Source: Cladosporium halotolerans (Eukaryota). Taken from it: a stretch of 64,000 nucleotides of DNA. The stretch covers positions 620,001-684,000 of the forward strand of contig NW_027191455.1 in the NCBI RefSeq assembly GCF_011745625.1. Reading direction: 5' to 3'. Positions 1-9,928 of the stretch are shown here, in pieces. The notes below the pieces were generated by a model. It had not been told where the DNA came from and searched no databases. It saw only the letters and a list, made by a program, of their open reading frames with translations. A program made the translations under genes and the position numbers. Position 1 is the first letter of the stretch, and every line of letters starts with the position of its first letter.

Positions 1-327
1 CTCTCCAACAGCCACGACAGCACAGTACGCACATGGGACGTGCGACCCTTCGCACCGCCCGACCGCGCCGTCAAAGTCTTCGACGGCGCACAGGCGGGCC
101 TGGAGAAGAACCTGATCCGCGCGTGCTGGGACAGCGAAGGCAGGAGGATTGCGGCCGGCGGTGGCGATGGCTCGGTGACGGTCTGGGAGAACCAGAGCGG
201 CAAGATGCTGCACAAGCTGCCCGGGCACAAGGGCACCGTCAACGACGTGAGGATCTCGCCGGACGGCAGCCTGGTGCTGAGCGCCAGCACCGACCGCACG
301 ATGCTGCTGGGCGAGCTGCCCAAATGA
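1..327 (+). CDS. spf38: C-terminal part of WD40 protein, U5 snRNP 40 kDa (SNRNP40/Spf38/Cwf17)-like; truncated at window start
   Basis: Frame open from base 1: LSNSHDSTVRTWDVRPFAP...GLEKNLIRACWD...LPGHKGTVNDV...SASTDRTMLLGEL. The WDVRPFAP and EKNL motifs are typical of SNRNP40. Confidence 0.85.
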   Translation, partial: LSNSHDSTVRTWDVRPFAPPDRAVKVFDGAQAGLEKNLIRACWDSEGRRIAAGGGDGSVTVWENQSGKMLHKLPGHKGTVNDVRISPDGSLVLSASTDRTMLLGELPK

Positions 328-1132
328 AATTAATGTATACAATCGATGGGTTTTCTGAGCAACGTCAGACCGAAAGCTCGAGATAGCCGAAAGTGCACAG
401 TGCGTATATTGTGCCTGTTTCAGCTTCAGGCACTGCAACCAACATTTCCAACTGCGCCCACCCTCCAAAGCAAGCACGAGACGTCCTCGCAATCCCAGCC
501 CGCAACACAATACATCGAGACCCTCAAGAACACAATACGCTCCACGCATGCCTCGCAAAGCAGCAAGCCCTCTCGCCACCATCGAAGAAACCCAAGAGCA
601 AGCGTTGTGTTGCATCGCGCGGTACCTGCAGCAAACCCAGCCCATGCACGCGCAACGATTGGCTCTCCGCGCCCGCCAGCCGCGACGCCATCCCGCGACG
701 GCCGACCACCAGCGCGTCCGCGCCTGATGTCTCGCAGACGAGCCCGCCAGAGCAAACGCCCCGGCCATTGGCTGGTGTTCGTGCGCGAGAGCAGGGTTGT
801 CGGTGCGTTTCAGACAGGTCGTCGCGGGCGCCCTTACATTGTGTCTGCCGTGTGACGGTGCGGAACCTTGGGACTGTTTCTGGAGGCGTTCGGGCGTGGG
901 GAGTGATAGGTTCTGCGGTGGGTTGGGTCGGAGCGAGGGAGGGTGTGAGTGTGAGGGTGGTGGTGGTGTGTTGTGTGGGAGGGTTCTCTTGTTTATCTTG
1001 CTGTAAGCTGCTTCTCATAAGGTCCTTCTGCAGGGCGGGTTCGCCTTCTTCATGTCTCTCACATTTCCTCTTGCTCCAATCTCATTGCTCAAGTTGTGAG
1101 TCTTGGGAAAATAACGCGTCACACTATCGACA

Positions 1133-2276
1133 ATGCGCAGCCCTTTACCAGACTCAAGCCATTTGGAAGCCGGCATTGTCGAAGACGCCGTGCCGTCGCG
1201 ACTATCGCGCGTTCACGACAATGTTCGAGATCTCTTACGACGATCAGTCTTTGGCTCTGTCAATGGCTCTGCTGCACCATCACCGGCTCTTCCGTCTGCC
1301 AATTGCGTTCTTCCTAGTCCCATTGCACGAACAACAACATGTACTCAGAGTGGATCGGATAATCGACCAAGCCCATCGGAAACATCACCAACCTCTTCGT
1401 TCGACAACGTGCCGGGAGTGCTCTTTCCACCATGGCGCCAACGAGATCGCGCCGACGCATCCACCACATCCGTAACAACAGCCGCCTCAACCAACAGCCA
1501 CCCAGACCTAGAAGCCCAAGCTCTATCCGCCTTCCGCGAACAAAAACGCTCCAAACGCCAACAACAACGAGCCTGGAAGCGGCCCAAACCCCCCAAACGC
1601 AAGCGCAAATCCCACAGCGGCAAATACCTCTTCTGCGCCGTGCTTGCTCTCGTTTTCTGCGGCCTGCTGGCAACATGTAAGAACCACTTTCGCCCTCCCT
1701 TTCAACCCTAAACAACAACTAAACCATCCCCCTCCAGACATAGCCCTAACAACAACCTCCCCAACCGTCTCCCCCCTCCTCCACGCCCTCTTCATCCTCG
1801 CCCTCCTCTTCACCACCATCGTCTTCACCCACTCCCTCGTCCGCCACTGCTGCCTCAAACCCCACGGCCGCAAGAAACCGCGCCTCGTCCGCATCGAGCC
1901 CGCTCCGAGGCGCAGACGCCACCGTCGTCACGAGAGGGACGCTTCGACAGCAACAGCGACAGCGGCAGAAGCTGCGCCAGAACACTACGTCCCCGCGACT
2001 CCGATCCCAGTCCACCTGGCGTCGGACGACGCGCTGCCGGAGATGGCGGAGGTGGGAGAGCGGGCTTTCCAGCAGCAGCAACGGCAGCCGCCGCCGGCGT
2101 ACGGGAGCAATACGAGTAGTGTAAGGGCGGACCCGGAGTTGCTTTACTGGCAGGCGGCGGTGGACGAGGGGTTGCCGTCGCCGACTTATGAGGAGGCTGT
2201 CAAGAGTAAAAGCGGTGGGGCAGGGGGCGAGGAGGGAAGGGTGGGAGGAGGTGAGGTTGTGCGTGAGTTTGCGTGA
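1133..2276 (+). CDS. Fungal hypothetical membrane protein with two predicted TM helices; intron 1677-1737
   Basis: Intron GTAAGA..CTAAAC..CCAG joins ORF 1133.. to ORF ..2276 as GLLAT-Y-IALT. Two hydrophobic stretches follow a basic patch, with PPPAY and PSPTY motifs near the C-terminus. Confidence 0.75.
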
Positions 2277-2737
2277 GGGTGTACCATAGGTTCGTCTTCT
2301 TGGATTTATTCAAAGGTATCGCGCGCTTCGTGGCGTTGAGAGCGAGATTGCAGTTGACTGCTTATCTTGGTGTCGTATCCTGTGCCACTGTGACTATTGC
2401 AAGACCCTCAGCAAGAGCCACCGGCGATTTATCTCTTAGCACGATCGACAGTATCCTCCGAACGACAAGGTGGAAGCATGGAGTTGACATAAGGTGTATT
2501 ACATATAAAAAATTATGTACAGACAAGTTGTGTGAGACACAAATATAGGTATAAAGCGGTGAAAAGCACCTTTTGACTCAAAGAAAGGTATAGAGAACGA
2601 GAATGTAGTGCAGCGTGTTCGTGACGGCGTCGGCCGAGACCCTGCTCGACACAACGACCGCTCGTTAGGTCGCGGTTGCAAAGGGATTAGCTCCCTTCAG
2701 GTATCCGGTATTAGGTATTAGAGTATGGACCTCTGGC

Positions 2738-4792
2738 TTAGTTGCCGGTCTTGCTCTTGCCCGCCAGGGCAGGGAGGACAGAGGCCTTGGGGCGGGACTC
2801 GGTTGTCGATTGGGAAGGCTGGCTCTGGGGCTTCTCGGCCTCGGGCTTCTTCTCGGAGACGGGGGCTTTGGCGGCAGGAGAAGACGCCTGAGGCTCAGGC
2901 TTGGAGGCAGAGGGAGGGCCCTGAGGAGCAGAAGGAGGGCCGCCCTGGGGAAGCTCTCCCATCACATCGGCGAAGGGAGACTCGGGCTGCTCGTGCTCGG
3001 GCTCGGGCTTGGACGCGGCGGGAGGGCCTTGCATCTGGGCGCGCTGAGGTCTCTCTTCACGCTGGGGGCGTTCAGGGCGGCCTTCAACTTCGCCGAGGAT
3101 CTCAGCGACAGGGAACTCGTGCTCAGATGCAGAAGAAGGGCCTTGGGGCTTTCCGCCTTGGGGCTTGCCCTCGGAAGAACCAAAGACATCAGCGACAGGA
3201 GATGCCTCCTGACCATGAGGGCCGGAGGGCTTGCCGCCAGACGGGGGAGCTTGAGCAGCAGGAGCGCCGTGGGCCGGCTCCATGGGGCCGGAAGGAGGGC
3301 CAGAAGGTACACCACCCTGCTCGTGGGACAGCGGGACAAGGAAGGCGTCGAGAGGGCTCTTGCCAGCGGGCTTGCCGGTAGGCTGAGCATGGCTGTCGGC
3401 CTTCTGAGTGGGGGCGAAGTGTGCCTCGGTGCGGGTGTCACCCTTGAAGGACCTGGAGGACTCGTCGGCGTTGAAGGGAGAAGAAGGAGGACCCTGGGGA
3501 GTGGGCGCAGGGCTGGCAGCGGCAGGAGCGCTGTGAGCAGCGGGCATGGCCTCAGGCTTTGCGGTTTCGGAGTCGAAAGCCTCACGCTTGCCAAGACCAA
3601 TGGGGAGACCGACGGGGAGCTTGTTGAGCTTCTCGAGGTGCTTGTTGATGCCGTGAAAGCCCTCCGAGGCGGTGGCGTTAGCGGTGGAGTTGGCTGCGGA
3701 AGTGACATTCTTCTCTGCCTCAATCGGGGTGGCGGCGGCGGCTTCGACATCTTGGGCAGGGGTGGCAGCAGCATCTTGGACCTCCTCGACCTGACGCTTT
3801 CCGACAGGGAGGCCAGAGATAGGGTCTTCGGGGAGCGGGAGATCCTGACGCTTCAGAGGGAGACTTCCTATCGGCAGGCCACCAAGAACATCGTCGACCT
3901 CGCTGGTGCTGGCGCTTGTGGCGGCAGGGGCAGCGCTAGCAGTCTCGTTCTTGGCCGCAACAGGCTCCTCGGTGGGAGTCTCCTTGGCCTCAGGCTCAGC
4001 AGCAGGCTCCTCCTTAGGAGCCTCTTCCTTAGGAGCCTCTTCCTTAGGAGCCTCTTCCTTAGGAGCCTCTTCCTTAGGAGCCTCTTCCTTAGGAGCCTCT
4101 TCCTTAGGAGCCTCTTCCTTCTTGGCTTCTGGCTCAGCAGCAGGCTCCTCCTTAGGAGCCTCCTCCTTCTTAGCCTCAGGCTCAGCGACGGTCTCGTTCT
4201 TAGGGGCCTCAGCCTCCAGAGCATCGGTAGGGATAGTGCTGACAGGCTTGACGGTCTCATTCTGAGGCGCAGCGGGCTCCTCAACAGTGGCGTTGGCAGC
4301 CTTGGGCTCCTCGACCGCCTTCTCCTCCTCAACAGGAGCGGCGGCAGCAGGCGCAGGCGCAGGCTCGGACTCGGACTTGGTGCTGTTGTCCGACTCGAGA
4401 TAGTCCTGGAGCTTGGCGTCCTGCGCGTCTTCGTCGTAGTTGCCGGAGCTGTCAAAAGTCTCGAGGTAGGCGTCGAGGGGGTCGGCCGGGGCGGCAGCGG
4501 CCTCGCTGTCCTGCTCCTCAGTGACTTCGCGGAAAGAAGGCTGCTCAGCCTCCTGTCTGCGGACAAGGCCAGTGGGGAGAGAGGGAAGGTCCCCGATGAG
4601 GCCGGAGGCGGAGGAGCTGGAAGAGCTGGACGACGCAGGCTTCTCCTCCTCCTGTCTGCGGAGCAGATTGGTGATCTCGGGAAGCTTTGGCAGAGCGGAG
4701 GTCGGGATTTGCTTGGACATGTCAGTCGACCTCGGCGCAGGCGCTGCGGCCGCGCCGATGGCGAACAGGGTAACGAATGTGGTGAGGTGCAT
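2738..4792 (-). CDS. Secreted acidic, low-complexity repeat protein (684 aa) with signal peptide and multiple dibasic (Kex2-type) sites
   Basis: ATG at 4792 opens the signal peptide MHLTTFVTLFAIGAAAAPAP. Single exon with strong codon bias, EEAPK repeats and RR|Q, KR|Q, KR|EA sites. Confidence 0.85.
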   Translation of the reverse strand: MHLTTFVTLFAIGAAAAPAPRSTDMSKQIPTSALPKLPEITNLLRRQEEEKPASSSSSSSSASGLIGDLPSLPTGLVRRQEAEQPSFREVTEEQDSEAAAAPADPLDAYLETFDSSGNYDEDAQDAKLQDYLESDNSTKSESEPAPAPAAAAPVEEEKAVEEPKAANATVEEPAAPQNETVKPVSTIPTDALEAEAPKNETVAEPEAKKEEAPKEEPAAEPEAKKEEAPKEEAPKEEAPKEEAPKEEAPKEEAPKEEAPKEEPAAEPEAKETPTEEPVAAKNETASAAPAATSASTSEVDDVLGGLPIGSLPLKRQDLPLPEDPISGLPVGKRQVEEVQDAAATPAQDVEAAAATPIEAEKNVTSAANSTANATASEGFHGINKHLEKLNKLPVGLPIGLGKREAFDSETAKPEAMPAAHSAPAAASPAPTPQGPPSSPFNADESSRSFKGDTRTEAHFAPTQKADSHAQPTGKPAGKSPLDAFLVPLSHEQGGVPSGPPSGPMEPAHGAPAAQAPPSGGKPSGPHGQEASPVADVFGSSEGKPQGGKPQGPSSASEHEFPVAEILGEVEGRPERPQREERPQRAQMQGPPAASKPEPEHEQPESPFADVMGELPQGGPPSAPQGPPSASKPEPQASSPAAKAPVSEKKPEAEKPQSQPSQSTTESRPKASVLPALAGKSKTGN
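4006..4120. repeat. Coding 15-nt tandem repeat (CCTCTTCCTTAGGAG)n encoding EEAPK
   Basis: Six perfect copies at 4021-4110, plus partial or variant flanking copies. Confidence 0.95.
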
Positions 4793-6248
4793 TGTGTCGA
4801 CCTCAGACGTGAAGAACAAAAGCAAAAGAAGGGATGGTGAACCGAAGCGAGCCGAGTGTGAATAGAAAGGAGGGACATGATACTTGCGGAATGGTTTTGT
4901 ACTTAAGGCGGCCACGCGCAGTCTTGCGAAACAGACAGACACCTAAGACAAGCATAATATGCGAAATGCTCGAGCACCGAACGATCTGCGGCGTTGGTAT
5001 TGGAAAATTAGGCGGTTTGGAGGTGAAGTCCACGCAGAGTTTGGCGTGATAAAGACAGTGCAGCGGGTGGCGGAATGGTGCAGCTGATATAGGTAGCCGT
5101 TGCATAAAGCTCAGCGGCCCGAGATTGACAACCAACAGGAGGGCGAGGGCGGACGATTGCCGGCACGGTAAAGCAGCAAGAACGTTTGGCGTTAGAGCGG
5201 AATGTCTCTCTCTTGCTCCGCTATGCAATATCCTTGTGAGCACAAGTCGTTGATGACCCTGGGGTGCACAGATGAGTTCAATCTCACAGAGCGGAGAAAT
5301 CGTCCGGTCGAGTGTCGAGTAGCTGCGACATTCTCATTGACAGATGGATGACAGACGAGGTCTCGGAGACACTTCCTGGCCAGTGGTATAATTGAAGTAG
5401 AATGATTCGTGCTTACAAGTTGTTACGCAACCCGCTGCGATTTTGCTGAGCAGATGCGTCTGTCGCGCGGACAGAACAGGAAGATGACCATGGCTCTTCC
5501 CCAGTCCGCTTGTGGTAGAGCTACCAGGATAGTCCCGGCTCGTGAATAGTCTTCAGATCCAGATTAATATGCTCTCATCCAAAGGTTGCAATGAAGCCGT
5601 CAACGAGACTAGCGGTTTGTGCCCAATTCAGTATTTTGAGGCCTTCAGAAGTACCAAAGGTACGGAGCGGTGCAACAGATTGCCTCTCACGCCAGCAAAG
5701 ACACGCAACGAAGATGAATATGTTGACGAACACGACCGCGACCACGACGCGACGAGACGGCCGCGAAGGCGTCAGACGTGCATTCTGGCAATACGTGCAT
5801 GGTCTTCTCGCATGCTTTCTCGTCATCAATTTTCGTTATCAATCTCAGGCGCTGCAACTTAACTATGGTGTACTTCAGCAAGCCTCGATGTCCCCGGTCG
5901 AAATACTAAGTCCCTACCGTGGCTATTCTGTGATGAGTGCTTGAGACCTCGCGTCTCGTGCCTCAGCAGCCAAGTCGACGCTTTTAGGAGTTGGCAAGCC
6001 TCAGGCTGCAAGAACGCTCGCAGCCAATCAGCAAGCACACGGAGCTGTGCAGTCAGCTTGCCGGTCAGCAAGCCGCGATGACCGCATCATTGGCCGGCGG
6101 TGTTGACGTCGATGTTTTGTCGCCGGCCTGCCGAAGCTCCATCGTCCAGCCATGCTGCATTGCATCGTCGCGTAAAGGCCGTAAGTAAGTCCGTAGCCTC
6201 CAAGGTGACCTGCAGCTTCCCTTCCTCTCCCCCACCACTCGTCCTTCC

Positions 6249-8021
6249 ATGTTCCCCTCACTCCGTCACGCAACATCCCTCTTCCGTCAACCCATCGCGA
6301 GGCAAGCTCCCCGTCTGTACTTTCAAAGCGCCTGCTTCTCTACCACTACACGCATCATGGCGTCCGAGTTCAAGCTGAAGGGCCTGACCAGTGTCGACCT
6401 GAAGAACGGACAAAAGCAGGAATGTGAAGTCGAGGGCGTCGAGGGCGGCAAGGTGCTGCTTGTCAAGGCCCAAGATGGCCTGCACGCCATGTCGCCCAAC
6501 TGCACCCATTACGGAGCTCCTCTGATGAAAGGTGTTGTCACTGGTGACGGCCGTATCACCTGCCCGTGGCACGGTGCCTGCTTCAAGATCTCAACCGGCG
6601 ACGTTGAAGACGCTCCGGCTCTCGATCCGCTGGCTAAGTTCAAAGTCGTACAAAAGGACGGCGGTGTCTACATTTCGGGTGAAGAGTCTGCTCTCAAGGC
6701 CGGAAGGAGAAAGCTGAACATCAAGTGCTCTGCAAAATCTCAAGAACACACCGTGATCGTTGGTGGTGGAAGCGGTGCTCTCGGTGCCATTGAAGGCCTG
6801 AGGGGTGGCGGATACTCGGGCAAGATCACAGTCATTTCGTCCGAGCCCTACCAGCCCATCGACAGGACCAAGCTTTCCAAGGCTCTGATCACAGACCTCT
6901 CCAAGATCGCCTGGCGCAGCGAAGACTTCTACAAGGAGGGTGACGTTGAGCTCGTGACTGGCAAGTCCGTCAAGTCTGTTGACTTCAAGGGCAAGACTGT
7001 CACGTCCGAAGATGGTAAATCATTCAGCTACTCCAAGCTCATCCTCGCATCTGGTGGTATCCCTAAGTATCTGCCAATGGAGGGCCTGAAGGGTGATCTC
7101 GGCAACGTGTTCCTCATCCGTTCGCTGCCCGACGCCCAGGCGATCATGAACGCTGCTGGCCAGGACGGCGGCAAGAAGATCGTCATCGTCGGCAGCAGCT
7201 TCATCGGCATGGAGGTCGGCAACGCACTCGCTGGCATGAAGCATGACGTTACCATCGTCGGCATGGAGGAGGAGCCTATGCAGGGCGTCATGGGCAAGGA
7301 AATCGGCAGCATCTTCCGCAAGCTGCTCGAGAAGAACGGCGCGAAATTCAAGCTCTCCGCCTCCGTCGAGAAGGGCACCCCTAGCAGCTCCGACAAGTCC
7401 AAGATCGGCGCCGTGCAGCTCAAGGACGGCACCTCGCTCGAGGCCGACCTCGTCGTCGAGGGCGTCGGCATCCGCCCCTCCACCGATTACCTCCGCGACA
7501 ATTCCGCCGTGCAGCTCGAGAAAGACGGCTCCATCTCCGTCAACGAGAAGTTCCAGGTCCCCGGCGTCTCTGATGCCTTCGCCATAGGCGACATCGCAAC
7601 CTTCCCCTACCACGGCCCGTCGGGCAACGGCAAGCCCGTGCGCATCGAGCACTGGGACGTGGCGCAGAACGCCGGCCGCAGCGTCGCGCTCACGATCAAC
7701 TCCAACGGCGCCGAGCACAAGCACTTCATCCCCGTCTTCTGGTCCGCCGCTGGCGGCCAGGTGCGCTACTGCGGCAACACACCGCACGGCTGGGACGACG
7801 TCATCATTCACGGCACGACGGATGTCAGCGAGGGCAAGCAGAGCTGGACCGCGTTCTACACCAAGGGCGACGAGGTCGTGGCTGTTGCCAGCATGATGAG
7901 GGACCCTTACATGACCCAATCGGCTGAGCTGATGAGAAGGGGCAAGATGCCGAGCAAGAGCGAGCTGCAGAAGGGTGTGGAGATTCTCGAGATCAGCATC
8001 CCTAGCGAGGTTAAGATCTGA
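6249..8021 (+). CDS. aif1: AIF-like oxidoreductase (Rieske 2Fe-2S + FAD/NAD pyridine nucleotide-disulfide reductase), AIFM3/Aif1 type
   Basis: Rieske CTHYG..CPWH; GGGSGA and VGSSFIGME dinucleotide motifs; AIGDIA; RIEHW; N-terminal mitochondrial-type presequence. Confidence 0.9.
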   Translation: MFPSLRHATSLFRQPIARQAPRLYFQSACFSTTTRIMASEFKLKGLTSVDLKNGQKQECEVEGVEGGKVLLVKAQDGLHAMSPNCTHYGAPLMKGVVTGDGRITCPWHGACFKISTGDVEDAPALDPLAKFKVVQKDGGVYISGEESALKAGRRKLNIKCSAKSQEHTVIVGGGSGALGAIEGLRGGGYSGKITVISSEPYQPIDRTKLSKALITDLSKIAWRSEDFYKEGDVELVTGKSVKSVDFKGKTVTSEDGKSFSYSKLILASGGIPKYLPMEGLKGDLGNVFLIRSLPDAQAIMNAAGQDGGKKIVIVGSSFIGMEVGNALAGMKHDVTIVGMEEEPMQGVMGKEIGSIFRKLLEKNGAKFKLSASVEKGTPSSSDKSKIGAVQLKDGTSLEADLVVEGVGIRPSTDYLRDNSAVQLEKDGSISVNEKFQVPGVSDAFAIGDIATFPYHGPSGNGKPVRIEHWDVAQNAGRSVALTINSNGAEHKHFIPVFWSAAGGQVRYCGNTPHGWDDVIIHGTTDVSEGKQSWTAFYTKGDEVVAVASMMRDPYMTQSAELMRRGKMPSKSELQKGVEILEISIPSEVKI

Positions 8022-8571
8022 AGTGTTGTTTAGTCGGATTCGCAGAGAGATGGTTCTTGATGAGACACGCACACATATGAACTTGTAATGAAAGTGGCAT
8101 GCATTAGCTTTCCTCGTGTCATACTTCCAAGTTTGAGGGACTTGCCATTTTGGTTTCTGTGTCCTATCAATCGAGAGTGATGTCTGTAATCTGAAATGGG
8201 GTCATACCGCTTGAAGTCTTCGTTCGCGCCCTCTGATCTCACGGAAAATAGCAGCGAATTGAAGAGAAATTATTCTTAGAAAATGATGGACGATATTCAA
8301 CTTCACATATACAAGCTGAACATCTGTATTTGCTTTCTACGGCCATGTTGTGGGTGAGAAGTGGACGTCATTATGTTTCGAGATTTGTGAAGTTCGTCAG
8401 CTATAGCGTGGAGTTCAACGATCACGAAACACCGTGACGACCTACCCGCGTGCAACAGGCAAGCCAGGCCAACGTTAGGTATTTGACACATATCAAGAAA
8501 ATGCATAAAACAATTAAATGTAGATAACAGTGCTGGTGAACAAAAAGAGACGAGCAAATGCAGCATGGCGG

Positions 8572-8592
8572 CCTAACCCCAACCCTAACCCT
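8572..8592 (+). repeat. Short interstitial telomere-like tract CCTAACCCCAACCCTAACCCT
   Basis: About 3.5 units of CCCTAA with one CCCCAA variant, in the AIF-Rad1 convergent intergenic region. Confidence 0.6.
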
Positions 8593-8870
8593 ACGGAACC
8601 CATCGTCCGACCTTTCCAGCACAGACGCGTCGCCGACGCTGGGTATTAGCCCGTTACGCGCAAATGCTCGCGTTGAAACGCAGGATTGCATCCGCACAGC
8701 GATTACACAGAGTAAAGACTTCCATGTGCTTCCTCGCACACGGGCGAATGGCGGTGCTCTTGTTGAATGTGCCAGGCAAGGCTCAATGGCTCTGACACTG
8801 GAGTATGAAGCACACAGATCACTCAAAGTACCGGTACAATGGCTAGCTAGACTTCACACACACAGGCCCA

Positions 8871-9860
8871 TTACTCCTCGTCGCTCTCATCTCCCTCCTC
8901 ATTCTCGTCCTCAACCAGGGGAACTACCCGGAACTCCACGAACGTGTGCCCTGTGCCTCCGCCGGCGGCCTCCATATCGACCAGAAACTGCAAGTTCAAC
9001 ACGCCCTCTTCGTCAATGCGCAGCGAAACCTTCGTCGCAGTTGCCATAGCACGCTGCGCGGCTTTCAGCAGGGAGAAAGTGTAGCTCGCGGTTGTCTTGC
9101 GGTGGCAAGTGTACGTCTCTAGGATCGGAGTTTCCGAGGGCGTGGACGTGCTGAAATCGACTGTCGCTGAGCCCAGCGAGCCGGTCACAGAGAATGACAG
9201 GGTAGAGTGCGAGGACGACGACGGCGTGGCGGTGATTGTGACCGATGGCGGGTTCAGGGATGAGAGCTCCGTGATGGCGTCCAGGAGGCTGACCGAGCGC
9301 ATGATAGTCTTCAGCGCGATGGTGTCGCGCGCAAACGGAATTTCTTCGCTGCTGTCGGGGTCGTAAGTTGTTAGGTCGCAGGTAGTTGTAACGCCTGTTT
9401 CGGTCATGTGGACGCTGAGAGGGTTGCCTTCGCCAGAATAGGATAAGGTGCAGATGCCAGCGGTGTGTGACGTGAAAGCGTCGAGGCCCGCGTGTCGACC
9501 AAGGCGATGAGCAGCGAATGCGTCTGAAGCATCCGGGCGCTTGGTAGCATTCGGATCAGAGAGGGTGAAGATGTTGAGTGTTTCCAGGAGAGAAGTAAGA
9601 GAGACTTGGAAATGAGGTGGTTCTGGAGGATCATCCTGGGAGGATGCAGGTTGGAGCTGGTTGTATTTGTAATTTGTGAAGAGTGATCTTTCTAAGAAGA
9701 TGAAAGCCTCCATGACGCTGCCATCTTCTGTGGTAATGCGCAGCCCTTCTGGGGCAATGCGAACGTGTGCCTTGCTGGTGAACGATATACAGCGAAGAAG
9801 TTGAAGAAGTTGGCGGGCCGAAGAGGAAACGGCAGTGAAGAGGATTGAATCGGCAGCCAT
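8871..9860 (-). CDS. rad1: 9-1-1 checkpoint clamp subunit Rad1/Rec1 (S. cerevisiae Rad17)
   Basis: LFTAVSSSARQLLQLLRCISF...EGLRIT; GVTTTCDLTTY; ATKVSLRIDEEGVLNLQFLV; FVEFRVVPL followed by an acidic tail. Confidence 0.92.
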   Translation of the reverse strand: MAADSILFTAVSSSARQLLQLLRCISFTSKAHVRIAPEGLRITTEDGSVMEAFIFLERSLFTNYKYNQLQPASSQDDPPEPPHFQVSLTSLLETLNIFTLSDPNATKRPDASDAFAAHRLGRHAGLDAFTSHTAGICTLSYSGEGNPLSVHMTETGVTTTCDLTTYDPDSSEEIPFARDTIALKTIMRSVSLLDAITELSSLNPPSVTITATPSSSSHSTLSFSVTGSLGSATVDFSTSTPSETPILETYTCHRKTTASYTFSLLKAAQRAMATATKVSLRIDEEGVLNLQFLVDMEAAGGGTGHTFVEFRVVPLVEDENEEGDESDEE

Positions 9861-9928
9861 GCTGGGCAGATGCTGAAATGGTCGCTAGGGAATTGTAGGG
9901 TATCGTAAAGGTTGTAAGAGTGGATGTT

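Noticed and set aside
2810..4840. 676-codon + strand ORF opposite the secreted protein
   Set aside because: In-register antisense shadow caused by biased codon usage. The Leu/Arg/Gly-rich product has no credible features.
5500..5560. tRNA-like A-box TGGTAGAGC
   Set aside because: No B-box (GTTCRA) or cloverleaf follows.
7020..8072. Long antisense ORFs over AIF (also 27198-28631, 34584-35525, 37464-38333, 48286-49464)
   Set aside because: Each mirrors a well-supported GC3-rich gene on the other strand.
8030..8870. Telomerase RNA gene suggested by the template-like AACCCTAACCC
   Set aside because: Only ~850 nt lies between the convergent stops, whereas known Pezizomycotina telomerase RNAs are about 1.5 kb or longer. 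I recognised no pseudoknot or CR4/5.
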